Counted from the stretch's first letter, positions 1 through 17,234 are shown. The stretch: DNA of 64,000 nt from Nibricoccus sp. (GCA_047602425.1 JASGHG010000001.1:3904001-3968000); one strand, 5' to 3'. The notes: generated by a model from the letters alone, not told the origin. A program made the numbers and translations.

Positions 1-2186
1 GCCCACGCGATGCTCAAACCGTCGTAGGTCGAGGTGCCACGGCCGATTTCGTCGAGAATGATCAGGCTGCGTTCGGTGGTGTTGTTGAGAATATTGGCGG
101 TTTCGTTCATCTCGACCATGAACGTGGAATTGCCACGCGCGAGATCGTCGCTGGCGCCAACCCGTGAGAAAATGCGGTCGACCAAGCCGACACGACAGCT
201 TTTCGCAGGAGTCCAGCAGCCAACCTGCGCCATCAAAACGATCAAGGCCACTTGGCGAATGTAAGTAGATTTACCGGCCATGTTCGGGCCGGTGATAAGC
301 GCGATCTGGACGTCATCTATCGAAAGTGCAGTGTCATTTGGGACGAATTTCTGGTTCCCCCCGGCGCTAATGGTGGAAAGACGGAGCATTTGCTCGACGA
401 CGGGGTGGCGACCTTCGACGATTTCGAGGACGTCGTCGTCATCGAGTACGGGCCGGCAATAGTCCCATTCGCGGGCGAGCATGGCCCAACCGGTGAGGAC
501 GTCGATTTCGGCGAGCGCGTCGGCCGTTTGGGCGAGGGCGACCGATTCGTCGAGGACGGCGCTGACAAGTTGACCGAATAATTCGAGCTCGCGGGCTAGG
601 GCGTTTTCCTCGGCGTGGAAAATTTCCTTCTCCTTTTTCTTCAGATCCTCGGTGACATAGCGCTCGCCACCAACGGTGGTCTGGCGGCGGATGTAGTCGG
701 CGGGAACCAGATGGAGATTCGCTTTGGTAACCTCTATATAATAGCCAAAATTATTCGTGAAACGGACCTTTAGGCTCTTGATGCCGGTTCGTTCCTGTTC
801 GCCGCGCTCAAGGTCGGAAAGCCAGGTTTTATTGTCGCTCGTGAGAGAGCGCATGCGGTCGAGTTCGGCATCGTAACCGGCGCGGATGTAATTGCCATCC
901 TGCAAATCGGCGGGCAGTTCGTCGGCAAGCGCGCGGGTGAGCAAGTCGCGCAGCTTGGGCAGATCGGTGATACGAGTAGCGACTTCAACGATAGCGGGGC
1001 TGCCGATGGCGGAAAGTTCGGCAACGATGACCGGCAACTGGGCCAGCGTGTCGCGCACGCCGCCGAGTTCGCGCGGATTGCGCAGACGGTTTTGCAGCCG
1101 GCCAAGGATGCGAGGGATGTCGCGAACTTGCTGGAGTTGCTCGCGGAGCGAGGCGATTGACGTCGAGTGACTGATGAAATCGCCGACGAACGTCTGACGC
1201 CGGGTGATTTCAACGAGGTCGAGCGTGGGGGCGGCGAGCCAGCGTTCGAGCAGACGCGCGCCGGCGGCGGTGACCGTGCGATTGATCGAGTTGATCAACG
1301 ACCCGTCGCGCTGGCCGCGGGTGGACTCGAAAATTTCCAGATTGCGCAGGGTTGCTGGATCGAGAAGCAGGGTTTTGGCGCTGCGGTATTCCTGGAGGCC
1401 GCGAAGGTTTTCGGGTTTTGCGCAAAGATTTTCCGTTGCGTAATAGACGAGTGCCCCGGCGGGGCCAAGGCCTGGATGATTTTGAGCGAGGCCGAAACCT
1501 TGGAGGTTTAAAACTCCGAGTGCAGTGGCAACCGTGCGCGCGCCATCGGACGTTTCGAAATGATAACCGGGGAGGTCTGTAACCAGGCGGCTGGAACAAA
1601 AATGGTGCAACGCGTGCAGCCCGGTTTGTTCATGCGGTGCGGTGCGCCAGTTTTCGACCGCACCTTCAATGGCGATCACCTCGGCGGGATCGAGCGCGGT
1701 GAGGACAGGCAGGAGATTCTCGATGCGGGGATCGCTGGCGATTTTGAATTCTCCGGTGGAGAGATCGAGCCAGGCGGCATGGAGGCCTGCTTTATCGCAG
1801 GAGATTGCGCAGAGGTAGTGGTTGCGCGCGGCGTCAAGTTGGTTGGCGGCGAGCGTCGTGCCGGGACTGAGGATGCGTGTAAGCTGGCGTTTGACGAGCT
1901 TACCGGGTTTGGCTGGTTCTTGTTGATCGCAAATGGCGACCTTTTTGCCGGCGGCGAGGAGTTTGGAAATGTAGTTGTCGGCCGCGTGATAGGGCAGGCC
2001 GGCCATGGGGGTTTCCTGACGCTTGGTCAACGTGAGCCCGAGGAGACGCGACGCGATTTCGGCGTCCTCGAAGAACATTTCATAGAAATCGCCCAGTCGG
2101 AAAAGCAGCAGCGTGCCGCGCGGCAGCCCACGCTTCACCTCAAAATACTGCTGCATCATCGGGGTCAGTTTCGTCTCCGAACTCAT
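1..2186 (-). CDS. mutS: DNA mismatch repair protein MutS (3' end runs off the window)
   Basis: Not in the ORF track; read by hand. ATG at 2186 gives MSSETKLTPMMQQYFEVK...LLFRLGDFYEMF. Walker A ITGPNMAGKSTY and FSRVGASDDLARGNSTFMVEM lie near the window start. Confidence 0.97.
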   Translation of the reverse strand, partial: MSSETKLTPMMQQYFEVKRGLPRGTLLLFRLGDFYEMFFEDAEIASRLLGLTLTKRQETPMAGLPYHAADNYISKLLAAGKKVAICDQQEPAKPGKLVKRQLTRILSPGTTLAANQLDAARNHYLCAISCDKAGLHAAWLDLSTGEFKIASDPRIENLLPVLTALDPAEVIAIEGAVENWRTAPHEQTGLHALHHFCSSRLVTDLPGYHFETSDGARTVATALGVLNLQGFGLAQNHPGLGPAGALVYYATENLCAKPENLRGLQEYRSAKTLLLDPATLRNLEIFESTRGQRDGSLINSINRTVTAAGARLLERWLAAPTLDLVEITRRQTFVGDFISHSTSIASLREQLQQVRDIPRILGRLQNRLRNPRELGGVRDTLAQLPVIVAELSAIGSPAIVEVATRITDLPKLRDLLTRALADELPADLQDGNYIRAGYDAELDRMRSLTSDNKTWLSDLERGEQERTGIKSLKVRFTNNFGYYIEVTKANLHLVPADYIRRQTTVGGERYVTEDLKKKEKEIFHAEENALARELELFGQLVSAVLDESVALAQTADALAEIDVLTGWAMLAREWDYCRPVLDDDDVLEIVEGRHPVVEQMLRLSTISAGGNQKFVPNDTALSIDDVQIALITGPNMAGKSTYIRQVALIVLMAQVGCWTPAKSCRVGLVDRIFSRVGASDDLARGNSTFMVEMNETANILNNTTERSLIILDEIGRGTSTYDGLSIAW

Positions 2187-2286
2187 GAAGCGGAAACGCT
2201 CACGCAAAGACGCCAAGTCGCAAAGGAAAAAGTGAGTTGGGCGAAAAGAGTTTTTGCGACGACCTTAAATTTGTTTTTGCGGAAAT

Positions 2287-2313
2287 AAAAAAGGCCGGCA
2301 TAAAGCCAGCCTT
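2287..2313 (-). terminator. Intrinsic terminator downstream of the substrate-binding protein gene
   Basis: Minus strand reads AAGGCTGGC-TTTAT-GCCGGCCTT followed by a T run. Confidence 0.7.
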
Positions 2314-2355
2314 CTTACCTTGCGGAAATCTTAATGCAGTTGGTTAAGCAGCGCC

Positions 2356-3240
2356 CTACTTCAATCGTTTCCAGTTTGCCGTCGTGGCGCTGATGAAGCC
2401 GGATTCTTTGTAGGCTTTTTCAAAGCGGCCCTCGGCACGGAGGGCCTTGAGGCCTTTTTCCAGCGCAGCGAAAATCTCCTTGGAATGCGGGAGGTCTTTG
2501 TTGATGTACCAGGACCGATTGTCGTTGATGGCAACTTTGAGGCCGGGAATCGGAACGAGGCGTACGCCGTTCGCTTCGATGCTGAGGTCGGGCTTGGCGG
2601 AGAATTCCTGAAGGGTAAAATCGGCGCGGCCTTTTTCAATCATGAGGAAAACGTTTTCGATGCGCGCGGGTTTTTCGATGCTCTTGGGATGAAGCTGCTC
2701 CAATAAGTCAACATCCAGACCCCACGGCGAAGGGATGGCGCCGACAAAATTTTTCAAATCGTCCAGACTTTTGACCTTGAGCGCGGCTTCGTTGGTGGAA
2801 AGCACGTAAAGGCCTTTCTCGAATTCGCCAATGCGAATCACAGGATCGGTCTTTTGGACCTTGTCGCCATACTCGGCGATTTCCTGGTCCCAAATGGTTT
2901 CGGCGGAAAGATCGGCGTGGCCGAGGGCGGCTTCGACCTTCGCGCGTTCATAACCGGGATAAAGAGCCAATTCGTAGTCGAAATCCAGACCGCCGGCCTT
3001 CAATGTTTGAAGCAGAAGGATCAGATCGACCACCGGACGAATGGCGTCGGGGTTTTTGTACTGATCAATTTTTTCCCAAGGCGTCGTGGCATTCCACCGA
3101 TTGAATGCTCCTTCGATGCGGGAATCGCCGACGGCGATTTTGAGATGCGTTTTGGCCTGCAAGGAAGAGGAGAGAAGGGCGGCCGCGAAAACGAAGAGAA
3201 CGCTGCGTATCACGAGACGCGCCTGACCGGATATTTTCAT
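2356..3240 (-). CDS. Secreted substrate-binding (periplasmic binding fold) protein
   Basis: Start taken at MKISGQ (3240). Signal peptide ending SSLQA; ENVFLMIEKGRADF and LEKGLKALRAEGRFEKAY resemble family-3-like solute-binding proteins. Confidence 0.7.
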   Translation of the reverse strand: MKISGQARLVIRSVLFVFAAALLSSSLQAKTHLKIAVGDSRIEGAFNRWNATTPWEKIDQYKNPDAIRPVVDLILLLQTLKAGGLDFDYELALYPGYERAKVEAALGHADLSAETIWDQEIAEYGDKVQKTDPVIRIGEFEKGLYVLSTNEAALKVKSLDDLKNFVGAIPSPWGLDVDLLEQLHPKSIEKPARIENVFLMIEKGRADFTLQEFSAKPDLSIEANGVRLVPIPGLKVAINDNRSWYINKDLPHSKEIFAALEKGLKALRAEGRFEKAYKESGFISATTANWKRLK

Positions 3241-3468
3241 GGTGGGAGTGGATTGTTGGGGTTGAGGTTTGACCGGACCGAACGCCGTGCCGGTCCTCCT
3301 TATATCGGCAAGCGACAGGCATACTTTAAGGCGGGCTGGCCAACAGATCGGACTTAAGTGTCCGGAGTAAAAAGGCATGCGTGGTTGTGAGGCTGATTTT
3401 GCGCCGCGCTAGCCGCAGAATATTCTTCACACCGGGCAAGCGAGGCCTGAGTTTCCATCGTTTTTAAC

Positions 3469-4239
3469 ATGACTCTCTTTCATCGCGACCTTGGTGGTGC
3501 AGGAAATCCGCCGCTAATCGTTTTGCACGGTTTGCTTGGTTCGTCGCGCAATTGGCAATCGACTGGCGCGGATTTGGCGAAGCGTTTTCACGTGTGGGCC
3601 CTCGATCTGCGCAATCACGGACGGTCGCCCCACGCGGACGAAATGACTTTTCTGGCGATGGTTGCCGATGTGTTGGCATGGATGGACGGGCAGGGGATGG
3701 ACCGGGCCTCGATCATGGGACACAGCATGGGTGGCAAGGTCGCGATGTTGCTCGCATGCCGGCATCCTGAGCGCGTGGAAAAACTCTACGTGGTCGATGT
3801 GGCACCGAAGGACTATGCGCTAATGGGGCACGCCAACGATTTTGCGGCACTCAACGAACTCGACCTGCGCACATTGCAATCCCGCGCTGAGGCGGAGATG
3901 CGCTTTGAATCGCGCGTGCCGAGTTTCGGCATGAGGAAGTTTCTTGCGACCAACTTGGAACGAGATCCAGAAACGAACGCATGGCGCTGGATCGTGAACC
4001 TCCCGGTGTTGACGGCGACGTTGCCTGAACTGGCGAAAAACTCCTTGGTATCTGGCGACCGGTTCGACGGTCCGACATTGTTTATAAATGGCGGCCGTTC
4101 ACACTACGTAGAATCGACCGACCACGCCGCCATCAAAACACATTTCCCACAAGCCCGCATTGAGGTCGTCGAAAACTCCGGACACAATCCGCATATGGAC
4201 GGACGGGTCGAATTCGTGAAGCACGTGTTGGACGAGTGA
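3469..4239 (+). CDS. Alpha/beta hydrolase, YbfF-like esterase
   Basis: HGLLGS oxyanion motif, DLRNHGRS, GHSMGGK nucleophile elbow, catalytic His in SGHNPH. Confidence 0.9.
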   Translation: MTLFHRDLGGAGNPPLIVLHGLLGSSRNWQSTGADLAKRFHVWALDLRNHGRSPHADEMTFLAMVADVLAWMDGQGMDRASIMGHSMGGKVAMLLACRHPERVEKLYVVDVAPKDYALMGHANDFAALNELDLRTLQSRAEAEMRFESRVPSFGMRKFLATNLERDPETNAWRWIVNLPVLTATLPELAKNSLVSGDRFDGPTLFINGGRSHYVESTDHAAIKTHFPQARIEVVENSGHNPHMDGRVEFVKHVLDE

Positions 4240-4337
4240 TTCTCCGCTGGGGAAGGAGGCGCAGTGGCATGACGTATGCTAATTGAAGCTATTAATTAAA
4301 CTTAACAACCCCACCTCAGGATTCTTCTCTTTTCGCC

Positions 4338-5039
4338 ATGAACACCGCCGCTCTCACTCACACAGGTAGTTATATTTTCGCAGAGTCGTTGGAGTCGCAT
4401 CCTCCTCTGCGGGCGAGCGACATGAGCAACGGATTTATAACTATTTCCAAACAATCGGGTTCTGGCGGATCCAGTTTTGCCCGGATGCTGGCTCGTCACC
4501 TGAATGCCGAGGCGCCGGCGGGAAAAACTTGGACGGTGCTGGAAGGCAATCTGGCTGCCCGTCTCTTGGAAGAATGTTCGATGCCGGCGTATTTATCGCG
4601 CTTTTTGCCCGAAGATAAGACCCCGGAGCCCCATGCCTTCATTGGCGAAATGATCGGATTACACCCGAACATTTGGAATTTGCTGGAAAAAACCAACCAG
4701 GCGATGCGCGAAATTGCCCGCCGCGGAAACGTGATTCTTGTGGGGCGCGGAGCTAATTTCGCGACGGCGGAGATTCCCGGCGGTATTCACATCCGGCTCG
4801 TGGCGCCACCGGAAAAGCGCGCCCGCTATTTTGCACAGCTCTACGACGTAACCGAAGAGGAAGCCCGGGCAATCAACGCCAAGCGGGATGCCGCGACTCG
4901 CCGATATGTCAGCGCGAATTTCAACGCGAACATCGAAGACGTTCGCGCTTACAATCTCGTGCTCAACACATCTCAGGTGCAGTTGGCGGAAGCAGTCGGA
5001 ATGGTCTCCGGGCTTTTGCACAAACGGCAACCGATTTGA
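4338..5039 (+). CDS. Cytidylate kinase-like family protein
   Basis: ITISKQSGSGG P-loop-like motif, VILVGRGANF, IHIRLVAP, YNLVLNTS. Confidence 0.8.
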   Translation: MNTAALTHTGSYIFAESLESHPPLRASDMSNGFITISKQSGSGGSSFARMLARHLNAEAPAGKTWTVLEGNLAARLLEECSMPAYLSRFLPEDKTPEPHAFIGEMIGLHPNIWNLLEKTNQAMREIARRGNVILVGRGANFATAEIPGGIHIRLVAPPEKRARYFAQLYDVTEEEARAINAKRDAATRRYVSANFNANIEDVRAYNLVLNTSQVQLAEAVGMVSGLLHKRQPI

Positions 5040-5071
5040 GCCGGAGACGCACGGCGAGGATTGCCGTACCA

Positions 5072-6319
5072 TCAGATAAAGCCAAGGGGCTTGTATTCCT
5101 TGCCAAGAACACTGGTTGCGGGACAGTGCAACCACCGATCCAAGATCGTGGCATACACCTGACGAAAATCGGTGCTGAAAGTGAGGTCCTGATTTCGTTC
5201 CAATTTTAGCGAGGGAGCTGTCCCATGCAGTCCGGCTTTCAGGCCGGTGCCCATGACAAACAGCGGTGCTGCGGTGCCGTGATCGGTGCCGTGGCTTTCG
5301 TTTTCCATCGGCCTGCGGCCGAACTCCGAGAACGTCGTGGTCAGCACCTGGCCATCGAGCTTATGGGCTTCGAGATCCTTCTGAAATGCCGCCAATCCTT
5401 CCGAAAGTGTCCGCAATAGATTCTGGTGCTGGTTGAGTTGGTTGGCGTGAGTGTCGAACCCGCCGAGAGAGACAAAATAGACGCGGGTCGAAAGGCCGGC
5501 GGCAATCAGTGCGGCGACATTGCGCAGCGACTGGGCAAACGGATTCCCGGGATAATTCGTGGCGGGCTGATACGCACCGAGCACCTTTTGCACGCGTTTT
5601 TCCGTCACCAAGGCGTCCATCATCGTCTGTTTGAGGAACGAAGCGTTGTCGTTTTCAGGGTGGTCGTGATGCACGAGATTTTCCAGCAGGCCGAGGTTTT
5701 GGCTGTTGCCCTGGCGATTGTATTGGTTCGGGTTGAATCCGAAGGTGGGATGTGAATGTTCGGCGAGGAAGGCGCCGGGCACTTCGGCGCTGAGGTGAAC
5801 GGCGGCAGGGTCTATGTTTTCGACCGGCATGCCGGCGCAGGTATTGTCGAGGAATCGGCCGAGCCAGCCGGTAGAGACAATCTGGTCGCTGTCGCTCGCG
5901 CTTTCCCAAATGTCGGTGGAGCGAAAATGGCTGCGGTTCGGATTGGGATAACCGACATTTTGGACAACACCGAGTTTCCCGTCCTGGAACAGGGCGTGAA
6001 GTTCGTTGCAGGACGGATGGAGGCCAATGGTATCCGAAAGGCGCAGCACTTTTTCCTTGGGAATGGCGAGTCCGGGGCGGAGTTGGTAATAGTTGGCGTC
6101 CTCGAACGGGATGACTGTATTCAAACCGTCATTACCGCCGGCGAGTTGGACGAGCACGAGGATGCTGCGATCCTTTTCCGGCGCCGGAGTCTGGGCGAGG
6201 GTGGATTGAACGAGGAAATCGGGGGCGAAACGGCTGAAGGCGAGCAAACCAATGCCCGTTCCGGTCAGCCGAAAAAATTCGCGGCGTGTGGTCGGTAAAA
6301 CGTTGGCGGGATTTTTCAT
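5072..6319 (-). CDS. DUF1501 family protein with Tat signal
   Basis: TRREFFR twin-arginine signal; LAGGNDGLNT, PNRSHFRS, GGFDTHANQ, FSEFGRR, GTDHG, DFRQVYAT. Confidence 0.9.
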   Translation of the reverse strand: MKNPANVLPTTRREFFRLTGTGIGLLAFSRFAPDFLVQSTLAQTPAPEKDRSILVLVQLAGGNDGLNTVIPFEDANYYQLRPGLAIPKEKVLRLSDTIGLHPSCNELHALFQDGKLGVVQNVGYPNPNRSHFRSTDIWESASDSDQIVSTGWLGRFLDNTCAGMPVENIDPAAVHLSAEVPGAFLAEHSHPTFGFNPNQYNRQGNSQNLGLLENLVHHDHPENDNASFLKQTMMDALVTEKRVQKVLGAYQPATNYPGNPFAQSLRNVAALIAAGLSTRVYFVSLGGFDTHANQLNQHQNLLRTLSEGLAAFQKDLEAHKLDGQVLTTTFSEFGRRPMENESHGTDHGTAAPLFVMGTGLKAGLHGTAPSLKLERNQDLTFSTDFRQVYATILDRWLHCPATSVLGKEYKPLGFI

Positions 6320-6326
6320 GTTTGGT

Positions 6327-7850
6327 TCAGCAGAGTTGATATTCCGGGGACTGGAGAAGGGCGATGATGGCGTTTCTCACCCGATCGTTGCGCTGGTTTG
6401 GAGAGCCCGCGGCGATAAAGTTGCGGAGCTGGGCGCGAAATTCGTCCACCGGCGCGACGGGAAGAAAAGTTTGCAGAATGGAGTCGGTTGCTTCTTTGGG
6501 ATTTCCGCCGGAAATCGTTTTAAGACGCTCCGGCTCGACGGTAAAGTGCACGCGTCCTTCAGCGCGCGCCGCGGTTAGCTCGGCTTGTTCGTCGGCGTTG
6601 AGATTGGCTTCGTTGATGGGATAGAAAAGACTTTGAACCAACTGACGGCGGGCGCTGAGCGTCGACGAGTTAATCCAATGTCTACCGCCAACCCAGCCGC
6701 GTACGTTGGGAGGGGTGAAAAGAGTTTGTCCCATCTGACGCAGACTGCCCAGGACGCGGCGTGCGAGCGGCGCGATGTCGAGCTGGAGATCCTGGACAAG
6801 GCCGAGGTAAAATTGAATCGGGCTTTTGATATAGTTGCCGCGGAAGGCTGGATCGTAAAACAAGCGGCTGCCGAAAAACCGATGGGCGAGCGCGCGCAAG
6901 TTGCTCTGCTGGCTTTGCCACCAAACGCCGAGCGTTGCCAGCGTGTCGGCGGGCAGGGGAGTCTCCGAAAGATAAAAGCGGGCCATTTCCCTCGGCAGAA
7001 ACAAACCCGCGGCGGGGAGCTTGTATGCGAGATCGATGACCTCGTCGCCATCGAAGCGGCCGGAATGGCCAAACACCGTTTTGCTCCCGGTGTCATGCTG
7101 TTTCGCCGCGAAACGAAAATTGCCGAACTGTTGTCGATATCCAGTGAAAGCGCGCGCAGCCTGCTTGATGTCCGCCTCGGTGTAATTTCCCTCGCCCAGC
7201 ACGAACAATTCGAAGAGCTCGCGGGCGAAATTCTCGTTGGGCGCGTCTTTTTTGCTCTCCTGCAAATCGAGATACTGAATCATTGCCGGGGAGCGAGAAA
7301 CGACTTTTGCGAGCGTTGGCGCCGGGCCGAGACTGTACTCGCGCAAACGCGCGAAATGGTCGTGGATCAGCGCGGCGTTCCGGACTTTTTCGAAACTGAC
7401 GACATAAATATCGCTGAGAAATAAAATCCATTTCTCAAGAGCGGCATTTCCGGGGATAGCGGCGAATTGCAGCCATCGCACTGCCATATCGGACAGTGCT
7501 TGTTGGGAGCGATCCCGTGCCTCTTTTTGCAGCAGGCGTTTTTCCTCGGGCGAAGCTGCCCGGAGTTTTTGCGTGAATTCCTGGGTGTCCTCCTGCAGCC
7601 CTTCGATCAGCTTAGGCTTTGGGGATGGTTTGGCTTCACGCGGGAAAAGGCGGTCGAGCGTCGCAGGCAGCCCGTCTTTTACCGCTCGCGCAACTTCCTC
7701 GGCCGGGGCGGACCAGGCCACGCGGCGAAGCAAGTGGCGCGCAGTTTCTTCATTCCACTGTTCGGCAGGCAGCGGCTGCCAAGCCTCTGTCGGAGTTGGT
7801 TTTTCTGCGAACGCGACAGCGGGGGTCGGGTTGGGAGAGGCTTTTTCCAT
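6327..7850 (-). CDS. DUF1800 family protein
   Basis: HLLRR, PAMIQYLD, PNENFARELFELF, YTEADI..AARAFTG, PPNVRGW, SPEYQL; lies directly upstream of DUF1501. Confidence 0.9.
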   Translation of the reverse strand: MEKASPNPTPAVAFAEKPTPTEAWQPLPAEQWNEETARHLLRRVAWSAPAEEVARAVKDGLPATLDRLFPREAKPSPKPKLIEGLQEDTQEFTQKLRAASPEEKRLLQKEARDRSQQALSDMAVRWLQFAAIPGNAALEKWILFLSDIYVVSFEKVRNAALIHDHFARLREYSLGPAPTLAKVVSRSPAMIQYLDLQESKKDAPNENFARELFELFVLGEGNYTEADIKQAARAFTGYRQQFGNFRFAAKQHDTGSKTVFGHSGRFDGDEVIDLAYKLPAAGLFLPREMARFYLSETPLPADTLATLGVWWQSQQSNLRALAHRFFGSRLFYDPAFRGNYIKSPIQFYLGLVQDLQLDIAPLARRVLGSLRQMGQTLFTPPNVRGWVGGRHWINSSTLSARRQLVQSLFYPINEANLNADEQAELTAARAEGRVHFTVEPERLKTISGGNPKEATDSILQTFLPVAPVDEFRAQLRNFIAAGSPNQRNDRVRNAIIALLQSPEYQLC

Positions 7851-7998
7851 GCCTAGACAGACGGGTGTTTTTGCGTCTTGTTACAAAAATAATAACACCC
7901 ATAAGCGCTGCTTTTTGACGCCGCATGTCGCTGCCGCTCCAAAAATTTGAGGCTTCAGGGGCCCGAACCATTGCGATGTCGAGCGATCCGAACCGAAG

Positions 7999-9147
7999 CT
8001 AGATTCCGAGTTGCGTTTTGTACACGCGAGGGACGCGTTTTGAGACGGAGCACAACGTTTCCCACGGAATCGTGTCGGCCCAGCGGCTGAATTCGGCGAT
8101 GGTAATCTCCGCGTTGCCTTGTTTGCCGAAAAGCACGGCTTGATCGCCGCGGGTGACACCGGGAACGTCCGTTACGTCGACGATAGTTTGATCCATCGTC
8201 ACGCGGCCAAGCACGGGGCAACGGGCGCCGCGAATGATCACTTGGGCTCGATTGCTGGAAGCGCGCAAAATACCGTCGCCATAGCCAGCGGTGAGCACGG
8301 CTATGCGAGTGTCGCGTTTCAACGTGTAGGTGCGTCCGTAGCTGACCGTATTGCCGGCTGGCAAATCTTTCACAAGCCCGACGCGTGTTTTGAAGCTAAA
8401 GACTGGTTCGGTGTGGACCTGCGCGAGAAGTGAGTTGGGGCGGGGCAATACGCCGAATTGGAGCAGGCCAATGCGCACGGCGTTGAACGGCTGCGAACCT
8501 TCCAGCGTTTCGAGGCCAGCGCTGCTGTCCGCATGCACGAAGAGCTGGTCGAGGCGAATGCCCGGGCAGCGTTGCAGTGCGGCGAGAAAACGTCGGCGTT
8601 GTTCGGCGGTGAAGGCAGGATCGTCGTCGGGGCTGCTGAAATGCGTGAATACCCCGGCCAATGTGACGTTTGGCGCGGCGACGATTTCGGCGTAAAGTTT
8701 TTCCGCCTGCTCGTGCCACACCCCGACCCGGCCCATGCCAGTATCGATTTTCAAATGGACGGCGATCGGGCGGCCAACGGACTGGCCGAGCTGGTTGAAA
8801 CGTTGGACCTCGTCACTGGTTGAGACGGTTGCAGTGAGATCGTATTCGGCGACGTAGGCATCTTCCTCGGGCAGGAGAGGGCTGAGCAGCAGGATGGGCC
8901 AGCCTGGACCAATTTCGCGCAGCGCCGCGGCCTCGGCGATATTGGCTACGGCGAAGAGATCGGCACCGGCATGCATGAGGCGTGCGGCGGCCTGCTGCAA
9001 GCCGTGGCCATAGGCGTCGGCTTTCACAACGGCGACGTAACGCATGTGTTTCGGCAATGAGGCGCGGATGAGACGAAGATTGCGCTCAAGGGCGGCGAGA
9101 TCGATTTCGGCCCAGCAGCGGAGCGGCAGACGCGAGAGATTTTGCAT
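7999..9147 (-). CDS. alr: Alanine racemase
   Basis: Start MQNLSR at 9147. AVVKADAYGHG PLP-lysine motif, HLKIDTGMGRVG, GYGDG, GRVTMDQ. Confidence 0.96.
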   Translation of the reverse strand: MQNLSRLPLRCWAEIDLAALERNLRLIRASLPKHMRYVAVVKADAYGHGLQQAAARLMHAGADLFAVANIAEAAALREIGPGWPILLLSPLLPEEDAYVAEYDLTATVSTSDEVQRFNQLGQSVGRPIAVHLKIDTGMGRVGVWHEQAEKLYAEIVAAPNVTLAGVFTHFSSPDDDPAFTAEQRRRFLAALQRCPGIRLDQLFVHADSSAGLETLEGSQPFNAVRIGLLQFGVLPRPNSLLAQVHTEPVFSFKTRVGLVKDLPAGNTVSYGRTYTLKRDTRIAVLTAGYGDGILRASSNRAQVIIRGARCPVLGRVTMDQTIVDVTDVPGVTRGDQAVLFGKQGNAEITIAEFSRWADTIPWETLCSVSKRVPRVYKTQLGI

Positions 9148-9149
9148 GA

Positions 9150-9824
9150 TCAGGAAGCAGTTGGCGCGCGATGAACCTGCGGCGTCCAAGTTTGGTACAC
9201 GGGTTCTTCGTGCAGAAAGGCGTCGGGTTCGGCCGCAGGAGCGAACAAGTCGATATCGACCAAGGGCGGGAGCAGCGCCTCGAGCGAGTAGGGGACCGTC
9301 TGGAGTTGCGTGGGCGGTGTGGACCACGCGCGGAAACCCTCAGGCGTGAACAACACCCCTGACAATGCCGCCGTGGGAATGCGTTTTAAGGGAGAAATGT
9401 TTCCGGCAGAATCGACGTCGACGTGGTGCCAGGAATCGCGACGGGCATCGGCGACGATTGCGAATTCGCGTTTGTTCTGGATGAGTGCGAGCTGTTGCGC
9501 GACGACCGTGAGTCCGCAAAACGCATAGGCTGGCCGCTTGCGCAGCATGCTCCACGTCCGCAGCGCCACGGCGGCGGTGCGAATGCCGAGGACCGAGCCG
9601 GGACCATCGCAAAAAACAAAAGCGTCGACCGAATCGAGCGACACACCGGAGCGGGTAAGCACGTCATTGACGACGGCGAAAATCTGTTCACCGGCCTCGC
9701 CAGTCTTGGCAGACCAGACGGGCTCGCGGTTTTGTTGCCATACCGCGGCCTGCACGACGGTTGAGGACGAATCGATCAGCAGGATCGTCGGGTGCAGGTC
9801 GAGCAATTGGCGAAGGGACGGCAT
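9150..9824 (-). CDS. tsaB: tRNA threonylcarbamoyladenosine biosynthesis protein TsaB
   Basis: ILLIDSS, GPGSVLGIRTA (GPGSFTGxR-like), ADARR. Confidence 0.8.
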   Translation of the reverse strand: MPSLRQLLDLHPTILLIDSSSTVVQAAVWQQNREPVWSAKTGEAGEQIFAVVNDVLTRSGVSLDSVDAFVFCDGPGSVLGIRTAAVALRTWSMLRKRPAYAFCGLTVVAQQLALIQNKREFAIVADARRDSWHHVDVDSAGNISPLKRIPTAALSGVLFTPEGFRAWSTPPTQLQTVPYSLEALLPPLVDIDLFAPAAEPDAFLHEEPVYQTWTPQVHRAPTAS

Positions 9825-9983
9825 GGCGCAGGTTTGTGATGTTTGTTATTCATAACGACTCGGGCGGCGAGGGCGAAATGCGGTGTCGTTGGCGCTCTGC
9901 AATCCGGGCTAGCCAGCCGTTAAACCACTTGCCACCCCGCGCGGCGGTTGGTTGGCTCGGCGGTTTCCAAAATTTCATTCCAC

Positions 9984-12752
<2,769 letters not shown>

Positions 12753-13007
12753 CCATTTTTCCGGGCATATTTTCGCGACGTCGTCGCTCGCCAGCGGGCC
12801 GCTGGCACGGCGGACGTGCGAGGATTTGGAAGTTGTTAGCTATTAAATGGTAAAGGCGTGCGTCTTCGCCTCCCAGCTGCACGGCCTATCTTCAGTCGGA
12901 CCGGACAATCTGTCTTAAAAATACCTAAGATACGCCGATTAAACGTAATGGCGCGCCTCTACATCGGGCCGATACATCGGCTTTCGATCAATTGAGGCGC
13001 CCCTTGC

Positions 13008-17144
<4,137 letters not shown>

Positions 17145-17212
17145 GTCCAAATTTTTAGTGTTACTTAAGACATTAAAAAACAAAAAGAAGCGAAAATTAA
17201 CGATTCAATCTT

Positions 17213-17234
17213 TACTTAGGACATGTCCTAAGTA
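17213..17234. promoter_or_regulatory. Perfect 22-bp palindrome, candidate operator of cysH
   Basis: TACTTAGGACATGTCCTAAGTA equals its reverse complement and ends 19 bp before the cysH ATG. A near-identical half site TACTTAAGACAT sits at 17162-17173. Confidence 0.65.

Noticed and set aside
1560..2288. 242-aa plus-strand ORF, and other short ORFs in 1-2200
   Set aside because: They overlap mutS, which the track missed because it has no stop codon inside the window.
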